From: an uncultured Porphyromonadaceae bacterium
GTDB taxonomy: Bacteria; Bacteroidota; Bacteroidia; Bacteroidales; Muribaculaceae
DNA length: 64,000 nt
Assembly: GCA_947175495.1 (NCBI GenBank)
Contig: CAMWNB010000006.1
Span: forward strand, 10,304 to 74,303
Reading direction: 5' to 3'
Within the stretch, counting starts at the first letter, position 1, and the number at the start of each line of letters is the position of its first letter. Below the pieces are notes generated by a model that saw only the letters and a program-made list of their open reading frames with translations, was not told where the DNA came from and made no database searches. Positions 10,634 to 20,737 of the stretch are shown in pieces. Made by a program: the position numbers and the translations under genes.

Positions 10634-12748
10634 ATGCACACCGCACGCATTCTTCCGGCTCTCCTCCTTTCTATTACCTCCCATGCCATCTCCGCCCAAG
10701 AACCGGCCTCCGCCCAGGAAGCCCCCGCCGACACCATAGCTGCCCGCGAGCTGAAAGAGGTGGTGGTCGAGGGAGAACGAATCATCCACAAGCCCGGATG
10801 CGACATCCTGCTGCTCTCAGAAAGAAACCGCAAGATTGGCGTAAATGCACTCGAAGCAATTTCATCCTTGAACTATTTCAAGACATCAATCGGCGACACC
10901 GAACTGATCTCCTACGACGGAAAGCCCGTATATATCACCATAAACGGCGTTCCTGCCAAGGGCGATCAACTTTGTTCCTATACCGCCGACCAGATAAAGC
11001 GCGTGGAATACTTCGCTGTCACACCTGCCGAATATATGGGATTGACCGATGGCCCGGTGATAAACGTAATCACACACCGCCCACGCACTCAGATGGTGTC
11101 GGGCTATTTCCGCGCACTTAATGCCGTGTCAACATTCTGGGGCACCAATTCGGGCTCGCTCACCTATGCCGACTCCCTCAACCGTGTACAGGCATTCTAT
11201 AATATGGGCTACACCAGCACCGGCAACGACGACATCAACAAGCACTCACGCTACGAATACGCGCCCGTCCATATCGCTGACTATCTTGAAAAGGGCAAGC
11301 TTGTGAGCGCATGGCACACACTCGACCTGGTGTATCAGCGCGACCAAGGACCACACATGTTCAACGCCACTCTATCCGGCCTCTACGAGCACTCGAAAGA
11401 ACAATACGGCGGCGTGGCCGACATCGTGAGCGGCATCACCTCCGCCGGGGGCACGAGTTATGAACTCAGCAAAGTGCACTCCAAAAGCCTTGGTTTGAGC
11501 CTCTATTATCGTTTCAAATTTCGCTCCGGCGCCAACCTGGCCTTCAATGTCACCAACTCTCTTGGCCGCTCTGGCAACGACGCCACTCTCCAGCGCGACA
11601 TCGATCCGCCCTACGACGCGCTCAACTACGATATAGCCACCGACACCCGCAACAAGATCTATGCGCTTGCCGCCTCCACTGCCTACTCTTTGCCACTCCC
11701 GAACGGCCAGTTTAGGGCGTCGTTCCGCTATCGATACAACCGATTGACGCAGACAAGCCTCGGCATAGACGCGCGCCCCGAAACACACATGACATACACC
11801 AGCCTGCAATATGTGTGGATGAAATATGGATTCTCCGTCATTCCCTCCATTGGCCTCAGCACCATTGAGAACCACACCGCCGCAGGAGAAAATACATCCG
11901 TGTCCCCCGCTCTCGGTTTATCTTCCACTTGGAACGCACAGAGCAAAGCGCTCAAAGGATGGTCCGTAAAACTGAATTATCATCTGAACAACGCCATGCT
12001 CGGAATAGGAAATCTTGCCAACAGCATCAGCTACATCGACAACGATTTTATATCTATGGGCAATCCCGACGCACGACCTTACCGCGAACACAGAGGCTCG
12101 CTGTCTGTGGAGTATATGTCGCCCGACGGCATGAACATGTTCAGGATAGGATGTTACCCCGGCTATGCACACCATCCCCTTGCGCCCGTGCTGTTGCTGG
12201 TAGACGGCGGCAACATGGCCCTCAGCTACGAAAACATCCGCTACAGCTACTCCAACGGATTCTATATGAGTGCATCTTGGTGCGTGTTGCCGTGGCTGGA
12301 ACTCTCCCCATATCTTGACTATTCATATAGCCGTAATGTGTTTCACGATGGACGCGTGTCGTTCGGCCAATGGCGTGTTGGCGGAAGTGCTTACATAACG
12401 AAGGGCAATTTCGAGTTTGGTGGCACCTTCAACCCTCCTGTAAAGCGCATAGATGGCAATCTGTTCAAGCGTGCGAGCACCCAGGCCACAGCCAGTTTGC
12501 GTTACAAACTGAAATCCTTCTCTGCAATGCTCAGTTACAGATACATGAGCCAAAACGACTATACCATAGGGCGCGCGCACGGCTTCTATTACATTCAGGA
12601 AAGTTCTCGCAAATCGTACGCCCGCCTCTTCAGCCTCACCCTCACATACTCGTTCAGCAAAGGTAAACACACCGACCACGCCGAGCGCATGCTCTACGAA
12701 AGCACCGGCGAAACGGGCCTCGGCAGCTTCAATGGCATCGTAAAATAA
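10634..12748 (+). CDS. TonB-dependent-receptor-like outer-membrane beta-barrel protein, copy 1
   Basis: Signal peptide, ELKEVVVEG TonB-box-like motif, plug-like ITINGVP...IKRVEY...VINVIT, GNPDARP, amphipathic strands ending LTYSFSKGK. Confidence 0.8.
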   Translation: MHTARILPALLLSITSHAISAQEPASAQEAPADTIAARELKEVVVEGERIIHKPGCDILLLSERNRKIGVNALEAISSLNYFKTSIGDTELISYDGKPVYITINGVPAKGDQLCSYTADQIKRVEYFAVTPAEYMGLTDGPVINVITHRPRTQMVSGYFRALNAVSTFWGTNSGSLTYADSLNRVQAFYNMGYTSTGNDDINKHSRYEYAPVHIADYLEKGKLVSAWHTLDLVYQRDQGPHMFNATLSGLYEHSKEQYGGVADIVSGITSAGGTSYELSKVHSKSLGLSLYYRFKFRSGANLAFNVTNSLGRSGNDATLQRDIDPPYDALNYDIATDTRNKIYALAASTAYSLPLPNGQFRASFRYRYNRLTQTSLGIDARPETHMTYTSLQYVWMKYGFSVIPSIGLSTIENHTAAGENTSVSPALGLSSTWNAQSKALKGWSVKLNYHLNNAMLGIGNLANSISYIDNDFISMGNPDARPYREHRGSLSVEYMSPDGMNMFRIGCYPGYAHHPLAPVLLLVDGGNMALSYENIRYSYSNGFYMSASWCVLPWLELSPYLDYSYSRNVFHDGRVSFGQWRVGGSAYITKGNFEFGGTFNPPVKRIDGNLFKRASTQATASLRYKLKSFSAMLSYRYMSQNDYTIGRAHGFYYIQESSRKSYARLFSLTLTYSFSKGKHTDHAERMLYESTGETGLGSFNGIVK

Positions 12749-12777
12749 CACCCCTCTCCGCCTCATCGCCAATGACG

Positions 12778-13052
12778 AAACGGCCGCATCGCGGCCACAC
12801 AATGCATGCGGTCAGTGGAGCGGCGACGTCCACGTCGCCGAATCCCCGCAAATCCACGTGCGCTCCACGCTCAAGAACGGCCGCATAGCGGCCACACCAA
12901 CCAATAGCCACAGGTGAGCAAGCCGCCTCAAGCGGCTCGCGCAGCCTGTGGTGTGGTCAAAGCACATCCCCGGACAGGGCCGCATCGCGGTCCTACAATG
13001 CGGGCGGCCGGTATGGCGTCCACGTCCACATCGCCGATTCCCCGCAAATCCC
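12778..13052. repeat. Composite palindromic repeat (unit-spacer-unit, BIME-like)
   Basis: Units at 12778-12855 and 12978-13052; GGCCGCATAGCGGCC at 12879-12893; CCACAGG...CCTGTGG hairpin; whole block repeated at 15325-15599. Confidence 0.85.
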
Positions 13053-13139
13053 TTTCGCTCTGCGCTTACTGGCATATTGTAAAAAAACATGCAATTACAT
13101 GTTAAAACGACATATTTTCGCGAATATTTCAAAAGAAAC

Positions 13140-13171
13140 GTTGCATATTAAAACTATTTAACCTACCTTTG
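13140..13171 (+). promoter_or_regulatory. Duplicated promoter for OMP copy 2
   Basis: Identical to 10579-10610. Confidence 0.65.
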
Positions 13172-13194
13172 TCGAAAATCAATACTTTTTGACT

Positions 13195-15295
13195 ATGCAC
13201 ACCGCACGCATTCTTCCGGCTCTCCTCCTTTCTATTACCTCCCATGCCATCTCCGCCCAAGAACCGGCCTCCGCTCAGGAAGCCCCTGCCGACACCATAG
13301 CTGCCCGCGAGCTGAAAGAGGTGGTGGTAGAGGGAGAACGAATCATCCACAAGCCCGGATGCGACATCCTGCTGCTGTCCGACCAAAACCGCAAATTCGG
13401 CGTCAACGCCCTCGAAGCCATCTCGTCGATTAACTATTTCAAGACAGCGATTGGCGACCATGACCTCACCTCCTACGACGGCCGGTCCGTGCTCATAACC
13501 ATAAACGGAGTTCCGGCAACAGGCTACGACCTCTGCACCTACTCCGCCGACGAGATAAAAAGCGTGCAATACTATGCCGTCACGCCTCCCGAATTCATGA
13601 GCGAGACAGACGGGCCCGTAATCAACGTAATCACACGCAAGCCGCGCAAACACATGGTGTCGGGCTATTTTGACCTTGCAAACGCAGTCTCCACATTGTC
13701 CGGCCGAAATTACGGCAACCTCACCTACGCCGACTCCCTCAACCGTGTGCAAGCCAACTATAGGATACAACAACTTCGGAGATGTAGAGGAGAACTCCAT
13801 ATTCCGCTATGCCCCCGACCATGTGGCTCAATATGCCAAGACCGGCAAACTCATAAGCACCTGGCATGAACTCAACCTTACCTACCAGCGCGACCAGGGC
13901 CCCCACATGTTCAACGCCACACTCTCCGGCATCTACGAACACTCCGACGAACATTCCGAAGGCACTGCCGACATCGTCGAAGGCGACGTAACAGCCGACG
14001 GTACCAGTCGCGACATCGCCAAGGCCAACGCCAAACAACTCGCTCTGAACCTCTATTATCGTCTGCAGCTCGGAGGCGGCCGCACCTTTGCCTTTACCGT
14101 GGCCAACACCCTCGGACAATCCGGCAGCGACGCCGCCCTGAGCCGATACGTCGCCCCGCCCTACGACGCGCTCAACTACGACGTTTCCTCCATCACCGAC
14201 AACAGCACATACGCCCTTGGTGCCGCCGCCGTGTTCATGATGCCGCTGCCCAACGGACAATTCTCCGCTTCGGCGCGCTACGGCTACACCCGCCTCCGGC
14301 AGACCGCCATCGGCAACACCACACACCCCTCCACGCACAATGCTTATGCCTTCGCCCAGTATGTGTGGATGAAAGGCGGATTCTACATCATCCCCTCGCT
14401 CGGACTCTCCGCCATCCGCGACTGCTTGCCCGTGGGCAACAACAACACCATTGCGCCGCTGGTCATGTTCGATGCATCATGGCGCGCGCCAAAAGGATTG
14501 CTCTACGGATGGTCGACAAGGCTCAGCTACAGCATGCCCACATACACCACGACCCTTGGCAATATGACCGACAGCTACACATACATCGACAATGGCCTCA
14601 TTGCAGCCGGCAACCCCGGCCTTAAGCCAAATCGCGCCCATCGCGGCACATTGTCGATAGATTATATGTCGCCCGACGGGCGCAACTCTTTCCGTGTCTC
14701 AACATCGCCATTCTACGCGCATAATCCGATGGAATGGACTCTTACCGACATCGACGGCATCATGGTGCGCCGTATGGAAAACATCCGCTACACCTATTCC
14801 AACGGCTTCTCCATGTCCGCCGCATGGCATGTGTTGCCATGGCTGGAACTCGCTCCCTATCTGGACTACTCTTATCGCCGCGACGTGATGTACGACCGCC
14901 GTGTCTCTTTCTCTCAATGGCGCTTGGGCGGAGGCCTCACAGTCAGCAAAGGCCATTTCGAAGCCTCGGCTTCGTTTAATCCGCCCATAAAAAGAATCAA
15001 CGGCGACTTCTTCAAGCGCGAGAGCACCCAGGCGGTAGGACGTCTGCGATATAAACTGAACAATTTCTCCGTAACATGCTATTACCGCCACTTCTCGCAA
15101 AATAACTACACTATAGGACGCTCTGCCGACTTCTCCTATAAAGTAGACACTTCGCGCAAAACATTTAATCATTATGTGGAGATAGGCCTTACCTATTCAT
15201 TCAGCAAAGGCAAGCAGATGCAGCACGACGACCCCATGCTCTACGAAAGCAGCAACGAAACAGGCCTCGGCAGCTTCAATGGCATCGTAAAATAA
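13195..15295 (+). pseudogene. Beta-barrel OMP copy 2, frameshifted at about 13762
   Basis: Track ORF 13189..13869 aligns to copy 1 up to ADSLNRVQANY; track ORF 13670..15295 resumes the alignment from GYNNFG through to the shared C-terminus ETGLGSFNGIVK. Confidence 0.8.
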
Positions 15296-15324
15296 CACCC
15301 CTCTCCGCCTCATCGCCAATGACG

Positions 15325-15599
15325 AAACGGCCGCATCGCGGTCCTACAATGCGGGCGGTCAGTGGGGCGGCGACGTCCACGTCGCCGATTCCCCGCAAAT
15401 CCCCGCTCGCTCCCCGCTCAAGAAGGGCCGCATAGCGGCCATACCCACCAATAGCCACAGGTGAGCAAGCCGCCGCAAGCGGCTCGCGCAGCCTGTGGTG
15501 TGGTCAAAAGCACATCCCCGGACAGGGCCGCATCGCGGTCCTACAATGCATCGGCCGGTATGGCGCCCACGTCCACGCCGCCGAATCCCCGCAAATCCC
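15325..15599. repeat. Second composite palindromic repeat block
   Basis: Closely similar to 12778-13052; units at 15325-15402 and 15526-15599. Confidence 0.85.
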
Positions 15600-15673
15600 A
15601 TTTTTCCGCACTTAATGGCTCAAAAATAGATTAACCTATTAATTTACTGATGTTTAGCGTCTTTATTGGCAAT

Positions 15674-15689
15674 TGTTCCACGTGGAACA
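15674..15689. promoter_or_regulatory. parS: parS centromere-like site
   Basis: Perfect 16-bp palindrome TGTTCCACGTGGAACA, matching the bacterial parS consensus (TGTTTCACGTGAAACA type). Confidence 0.8.
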
Positions 15690-15703
15690 TATGTCATCTC
15701 CAT

Positions 15704-15735
15704 ATTGGGCGTATCGCGGATTATTGCTAATTTTG
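15704..15735 (+). promoter_or_regulatory. Promoter for the EamA pair
   Basis: ATTG-20 nt-TAATTTTG, 21 nt upstream of the ATG. Confidence 0.55.
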
Positions 15736-15756
15736 CAGGCGAAAAACAGATAGGTA

Positions 15757-16680
15757 ATGGATATTTCTAAGATTAAGGGCCACGGCGCCATGATGGGTGC
15801 CGAAATGCTGTGGGGCGCAGGTGCGCCGCTCGGCAAGTTCATCCTTGCCGGAAGCGTGTCGCCCCTGCTGCTCACCGACTGCCGCATCATCGGCACAGCG
15901 GCGCTGTTCTGGCTGCTGTCGCTGTTCACGCCCTTGGAGCATGTGTCGCCGAAGGACCTCCTGCACATCTTCTTCGCATCTCTGCTGGGCCTTGTGTTCA
16001 ACCAGTGCCTGTTCCTCTTCGGCCTCAGCCACACATCGCCCATCAACGCCTCCATCATCACCACGAGCCTGCCGATAGTGACAATGGTGATGGCGGCGAT
16101 ATTCCTGCGCGAGCCCGTGACGAAGCTGAAAGTGGGAGGCGTATTCCTTGGCGCTATCGGCGCCCTCATCCTCATCGTCAGCGGCTCGGCGGCCGCAGGC
16201 ACCGGGTCCGCCCTGGGCGACGGCATGGTGCTGCTGGCGCAGATCAGCTTCAGCTGCTACCTCGTGTTCTTCAAGCGGCTGACAGCCAAATACCGTCCCG
16301 TCACGCTTATGAAGTGGATGTTCACCTACGCCTCCATCTGCATCGTCCCGTTCAGCTACGGCGAGTGGGCCGCCGCCGCCCACGCAGGCATCACGCCCGC
16401 GGAGTGGTGGGCCGTGGCAGTCTTCGTGCTGGGGCCCACATTCCTCAGCTATCTGCTGCTGCCCGTGGGACAGAAGAACCTGCGGCCCACTGTCACGTCG
16501 ATGTACAACTATGTGCAGCCCATCGTGGCTTCCGTCGTGGCCGTGTGGGTCGGCATGGACCGCTTCACGCCCGGCAAGGCCGTGGCCGTCGTGCTGGTGT
16601 TTGCCGGCGTCTTCCTTGTGAGCAAAAGCAAAAGCCGCGCCGACATGCAGCGCGAGGCGAGAAGCAAGAAACGAGCATGA
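15757..16680 (+). CDS. EamA/DMT family transporter
   Basis: About 10 TM helices in two repeats; GLSHTSPINASII, YNYVQPIVA. Confidence 0.92.
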   Translation: MDISKIKGHGAMMGAEMLWGAGAPLGKFILAGSVSPLLLTDCRIIGTAALFWLLSLFTPLEHVSPKDLLHIFFASLLGLVFNQCLFLFGLSHTSPINASIITTSLPIVTMVMAAIFLREPVTKLKVGGVFLGAIGALILIVSGSAAAGTGSALGDGMVLLAQISFSCYLVFFKRLTAKYRPVTLMKWMFTYASICIVPFSYGEWAAAAHAGITPAEWWAVAVFVLGPTFLSYLLLPVGQKNLRPTVTSMYNYVQPIVASVVAVWVGMDRFTPGKAVAVVLVFAGVFLVSKSKSRADMQREARSKKRA

Positions 16681-17603
16681 ACGCCAAGTCGCTGAAAGGC
16701 TACACCCTGGCGGCGGTGGCCGCCGCCACCTACGGCACCAACCCCGCATTCGCCGTGCCGCTCTACGCCGAGGGCATGAACGCCGTCTCGGTGCTCCTCT
16801 TCCGCTATCTGCTCGGACTGCCGCTGCTTGTGGCGATGATATTCGCCCGCGGCCACGACCTGCGCCTGCGGCGCGCGGAAATAGCGCCCGTGGCCACGCT
16901 CGGCGTGCTGATGGCCGCGTCGTCGCTCACGCTGTTCGAGAGCTACAACTATCTGAACTCCGGCGTGGCCTCGACCTTGCTGTTCGTCTATCCGGTCATG
17001 GTGGCCGTGCTGATGGTGTTCTTCTTCCACGAGCGTTTCCGCGCCACCACGGTGGTGTGCCTCGCGCTTATGGGCGCGGGCCTGCTGATGCTGATGCGCA
17101 CCGGCGCGGACGCCGGGCCGGTCAGCCCCTTCGGGTGCTGCCTGGTGATGCTGTCGTCGCTCACCTACGCTTTCTATCTGGTGATGATAAACGTGTCGAA
17201 GACAGTGCGGGGCATCCCCACGCTCAAGCTGCTGTTCTATGTGCTGCTGTCGGGCAGCAGCCTCTTCATGTTCGTGTGGGCGGCAGGCACTCCGCTGACG
17301 CTGCCGCCTTCTGCCGCGGCATGGCTCAACCTGGGTGCGCTGGCGTTTTTCCCAACGGTGGTGTCGCTCATATGCACCACCGTGGCCATACAGTGCATCG
17401 GCTCGACGCCCACGGCCATCTTCGGCGCATTCGAGCCGGTGACGGCCGTGGTGCTCAGCGTGGTGGTGCTGGGGCAGACGCTGACACCGCGCGAACTCGC
17501 CGGCGGCATGCTCATCGTGCTTGCCGCCACGCTCGTGATTGTGGGCGATCCTGTGGGCGCCGTGCTGCTGCGCGTGCGGAAGATGTTTCCGCGGCGCGCT
17601 TAG
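16677..17603 (+). CDS. EamA/DMT family transporter
   Basis: ATGA overlap; MNAKSLKGYTLA..., STLLFVYPVMVA, IFGAFEPVTAV. Confidence 0.9.
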   Translation: MNAKSLKGYTLAAVAAATYGTNPAFAVPLYAEGMNAVSVLLFRYLLGLPLLVAMIFARGHDLRLRRAEIAPVATLGVLMAASSLTLFESYNYLNSGVASTLLFVYPVMVAVLMVFFFHERFRATTVVCLALMGAGLLMLMRTGADAGPVSPFGCCLVMLSSLTYAFYLVMINVSKTVRGIPTLKLLFYVLLSGSSLFMFVWAAGTPLTLPPSAAAWLNLGALAFFPTVVSLICTTVAIQCIGSTPTAIFGAFEPVTAVVLSVVVLGQTLTPRELAGGMLIVLAATLVIVGDPVGAVLLRVRKMFPRRA

Positions 17604-17609
17604 CAGGCG

Positions 17610-18626
17610 TCAGTTCATGTCGTAGCGGTTGTAGATCTCCGTGGCCAGCTCGTGGGCGCGTCGGCGCGTGGCCGGGTCGAGCGCGGCGTGTTCGCCGAGG
17701 TCGGGGATGAGGATGCGTGTGCCGGGTCGTATGCGGTTGGGATGGCGCAGCTTGTCGGCATTGGCCTCGTAGATGAACACCCAGAAATCCTTGCGGCCGT
17801 AGTGGTCGCGGGCGATGGTGGTGAGGAAGCGGGTGGAGGTGACGGTGTCGTAGACCGGCTCTTTCTGCTGCGGTTCGGGCTCCGGCTCGGCTATGGTGTC
17901 GGGCTCTGCCACGGTGTCCGGTTCGGCGGCGGGGACGGCTGCGGCCACGGCCATGGTGTCTGGCGTCGCGGCCACGGCCACGAGAGTGTCGGCCGGCGGC
18001 TCTGCGACATCGGGCACACTGTTGCGGCTGCCGGCGAAATATCCGGCGGCAAAGCCGACAACGAGCATTGCCACGGCCGCAATCCACGGCCATGCGCTGC
18101 GGCGCGGCGCGCAGACCCTCTCCGGCTCGGCGTCTTCCTCCGGACTGACCTCGGGCTGCGGCTCAGGCACGGATTCGGGCTCCTGCTCTGCCACGGTTTC
18201 AGGCTCCGGTTCTGCCACGGTTTCCTCGGCAGTTTCTGTCTCTGCTTCTGTTGTATCTGCTTCCGGTTCGGGTTCGGCGGCGGGGACTGCTTCGGCCTCG
18301 GGAATCCCGGCTTCGGCCTCGGCTGTTTCCTCGTCGAAAATATCGGCGGGAGCATCGGCGGGCAGAGCAATGGGAGCGAAGGCCGAGAACGGCGCGTTCA
18401 CGGCGTCGGCCAGTGCCTTGTCCGGGGTGAAACCCACCCCGCCGGGCGCTGCGGCGTCGCGGCGCCATGTGCCGATGCCCTTGACGGTGGCTGTGCCGTC
18501 GGCGGCCAGCGACGACTCCACGGCGGCGAAGAGGCCGACGATGAAGCGCGTGGCGGTGTCGCTGTCGGAGGATGCGGCAAGCGCCGTGTGGGCGGCTATT
18601 TCGGGCAGTGTGACAGTCTTATTCAT
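17610..18626 (-). CDS. HU-like domain / acidic linker / single TM / LysM-like protein
   Basis: N-terminal ...TATVKGIGTW...VGFTPDKALADAVNAPF; EP-rich linker; TM WPWIAAVAMLVVGFAAGYFAG; C-terminal FLTTIARDHYG...WVFIYEAN...PNRIRPGTRILIP. Confidence 0.78.
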   Translation of the reverse strand: MNKTVTLPEIAAHTALAASSDSDTATRFIVGLFAAVESSLAADGTATVKGIGTWRRDAAAPGGVGFTPDKALADAVNAPFSAFAPIALPADAPADIFDEETAEAEAGIPEAEAVPAAEPEPEADTTEAETETAEETVAEPEPETVAEQEPESVPEPQPEVSPEEDAEPERVCAPRRSAWPWIAAVAMLVVGFAAGYFAGSRNSVPDVAEPPADTLVAVAATPDTMAVAAAVPAAEPDTVAEPDTIAEPEPEPQQKEPVYDTVTSTRFLTTIARDHYGRKDFWVFIYEANADKLRHPNRIRPGTRILIPDLGEHAALDPATRRRAHELATEIYNRYDMN

Positions 18627-18897
18627 GCGAGGCTATGTGTTTGCGCAGCATGCTGCCCGGGTTGAACGTGAGGCCGATGTGCGGCGGCATGAGCGTGCGG
18701 CTGCCGTCGTCGGCCACGGCCACATACTCGTCGCTTTTCTCGGGCACAAAGCTGCCGAAGCCGGGGATGGCCACGGAGTCGAGCGCGCAGAGCCGCTCGC
18801 GCAATGCCGCGGCAAAAGCCTCGGCGAGGCGGGAGCCTTGCGCGGCGTCGCAGCCCGCAGCCTTGGCTGCCTGCTGAAGAATGGTGCGGCTATCCAT
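18619..18897 (-). CDS. Small HU/IHF-family protein
   Basis: 92 aa; DSVAIPGFGSF...LTFNPGSMLR; ATG overlaps the queA stop. Confidence 0.82.
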   Translation of the reverse strand: MDSRTILQQAAKAAGCDAAQGSRLAEAFAAALRERLCALDSVAIPGFGSFVPEKSDEYVAVADDGSRTLMPPHIGLTFNPGSMLRKHIASHE

Positions 18898-19946
18898 CAG
18901 ATGATGAGCATGGCGTCGCCGTAGGCGCCGAAGCGGTAGTGTTCCTTCACGGCCTCGGAGTAGGCGTGCATCACCTGTTCGTAGCCGCCGAAAGCCGCCA
19001 CCATCATGAGCATGGTGGAGTAGGGCAGGTGGAAGTTGCTGACGAGCGATGAGGCCACGGTGAAGTCGTAGGGCGGGAAGATGAATTTGTTGGTCCAGTC
19101 GTCGAAAGGCTGGATGTGTCCGCCCATGCTGGCGGCGGTGGCAAGGCCACGGAGCACGCTCGTGCCGACGGCGCATACCTGCTTCTCGGCGTCGTTGGCC
19201 GAGTTGATGGTCTCGACGAGCTCGGGCGTCACGATGAGCTGCTCGGAGTCCATGCGGTGCTTTGTGAGGTCTTCGACGTCGATTTCGCGGAAGTTGCCGA
19301 GACCGCTGTGCTCGGTGAGAAATGCCTGCTTGACGCCCTTGATTTCGAGGCGCTTGAGGAGCTCGCGGGAGAAGTGGGTGCCTGCGGCGGGTGCCACTAC
19401 GGCGCCTTCGTGGCGTGCGAAGATGCACTGGTAGCGCTCGGCATCCTCCTCGGTGGGTTCACGCTTGATGTATTCGGGCAGCGGTGTGTGGCCCAGGGCG
19501 TAGAGGTCGCGCTTGAAGGCATCGCGGGGTCCGTCGTAGAGGAACCGGAGCGTGCGGCCGCGCGAGGTGGTGTTGTCGATGACCTCGGCCACCATCGACT
19601 CGTCGTCGCCGAAGTAGAGCTTGTTGCCGATGCGGATTTTGCGTGCGGGCTCCACGAGGACGTCCCACAACTTGATTTCGGGGTTGAGCTCGCGCAGGAG
19701 AAACACTTCGATGCGTGCTCCGGTCTTCTCCTTGTTGCCGTAGAGCAGTGCGGGGAATACCTTGGTGTCGTTGTAGACCATGACATCGCCGTCGTCGAAA
19801 TAGTTGAGAATGTCCTTGAAGATGCGATGTTCGATTTCGCCGGTGCGGCGGTGGAGCACCATCATGCGCGACTCGTCGCGGTTCTGCGCGGGATACTGTG
19901 CGATGAGTTCCTCGGGCAGGCGGTATTTGAATTGCGAAAGCTTCAT
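18897..19946 (-). CDS. queA: S-adenosylmethionine:tRNA ribosyltransferase-isomerase
   Basis: [63 protein letters not shown]. Confidence 0.96.
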   Translation of the reverse strand: MKLSQFKYRLPEELIAQYPAQNRDESRMMVLHRRTGEIEHRIFKDILNYFDDGDVMVYNDTKVFPALLYGNKEKTGARIEVFLLRELNPEIKLWDVLVEPARKIRIGNKLYFGDDESMVAEVIDNTTSRGRTLRFLYDGPRDAFKRDLYALGHTPLPEYIKREPTEEDAERYQCIFARHEGAVVAPAAGTHFSRELLKRLEIKGVKQAFLTEHSGLGNFREIDVEDLTKHRMDSEQLIVTPELVETINSANDAEKQVCAVGTSVLRGLATAASMGGHIQPFDDWTNKFIFPPYDFTVASSLVSNFHLPYSTMLMMVAAFGGYEQVMHAYSEAVKEHYRFGAYGDAMLII

Positions 19947-20010
19947 ATCTGAATTACTTGTAGTTTTTTCTGAAAAAAAGAGATTATGAGGAAGAACAGG
20001 CGTGCGCGGC

Positions 20011-20736
20011 TCAATCCTTGCGCGGACCCTCGTACCACTCGGGATATTCGACGGGCACGGATGCGATGATGTCGGCCGCCTGTTGCACCGACACGCAGTC
20101 GGCGATGGTGATGTCGCCCACGCGCGTGCGGCGGAGGGCTGTGAGGTGGGCGCCCGAGCCGAGGGCGATGCCGAAATCGCGCGCGAGGGCGCGTATGTAC
20201 GTACCTTTGCTGCAGAGCACGCGCACGGTGATGCTCTCGGGCGAGAATTCGAGCAGTTCGAGTTCGTCGATGCGGAGCGTGCGCGCTTTCAGTTCGACCT
20301 CGCGGCCTTTGCGTGCGCTCTCGTAGGCGCGCTTGCCGTCGACCTTGCATGCGGAGAAAGCCGGAGGCACCTGCTGGATAGTGCCTGTGAAGCCGCGCAG
20401 CATCTCCTCGACGGCCTCACGGGTGATGTGGGCTGTGGGGTAGGTGGCGTCCACTTCGGTCTCGAGGTCGAAGCTGGGAGTGGTGGCGCCGAGTGCCATC
20501 GTGGCCACATATTCCTTGATGCCGGCCTGGAGTTCGTCGATGCGTTTGGTGGCGCGGCCTGTGCAGACAATCATGACGCCCGTGGCGAGGGGGTCGAGGG
20601 TGCCGGCATGGCCCACCTTGAGCTTGCGCACGCCGAGACGCCGCGTGAGGGCGCCGCGCACGCGCTTGACAGCGTCGAACGAGGTCCAGCCCAGGGGCTT
20701 GTCAATGCAGAGTATTTCGCCAGACAGGAAATCCAT
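20011..20736 (-). CDS. truB: tRNA pseudouridine(55) synthase
   Basis: [36 protein letters not shown]. Confidence 0.97.
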   Translation of the reverse strand: MDFLSGEILCIDKPLGWTSFDAVKRVRGALTRRLGVRKLKVGHAGTLDPLATGVMIVCTGRATKRIDELQAGIKEYVATMALGATTPSFDLETEVDATYPTAHITREAVEEMLRGFTGTIQQVPPAFSACKVDGKRAYESARKGREVELKARTLRIDELELLEFSPESITVRVLCSKGTYIRALARDFGIALGSGAHLTALRRTRVGDITIADCVSVQQAADIIASVPVEYPEWYEGPRKD

Positions 20737-20737
20737 C

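Noticed and set aside
13087-13104. AACATG-N6-CATGTT inverted repeat upstream of the OMP copy 2 promoter
   Set aside because: Only 6-bp arms in AT-rich DNA and absent from copy 1; plausible by chance.
10426-15599. Repeats as a CRISPR array or a classical integron
   Set aside because: No regular repeat-spacer period, no cas genes, no integron integrase, and no clear attC RYYYAAC/GTTRRRY ends.
15600-15756. DnaA-box array defining oriC precisely
   Set aside because: No TTATCCACA-like boxes found by eye; only parS and the skew flip are supported.
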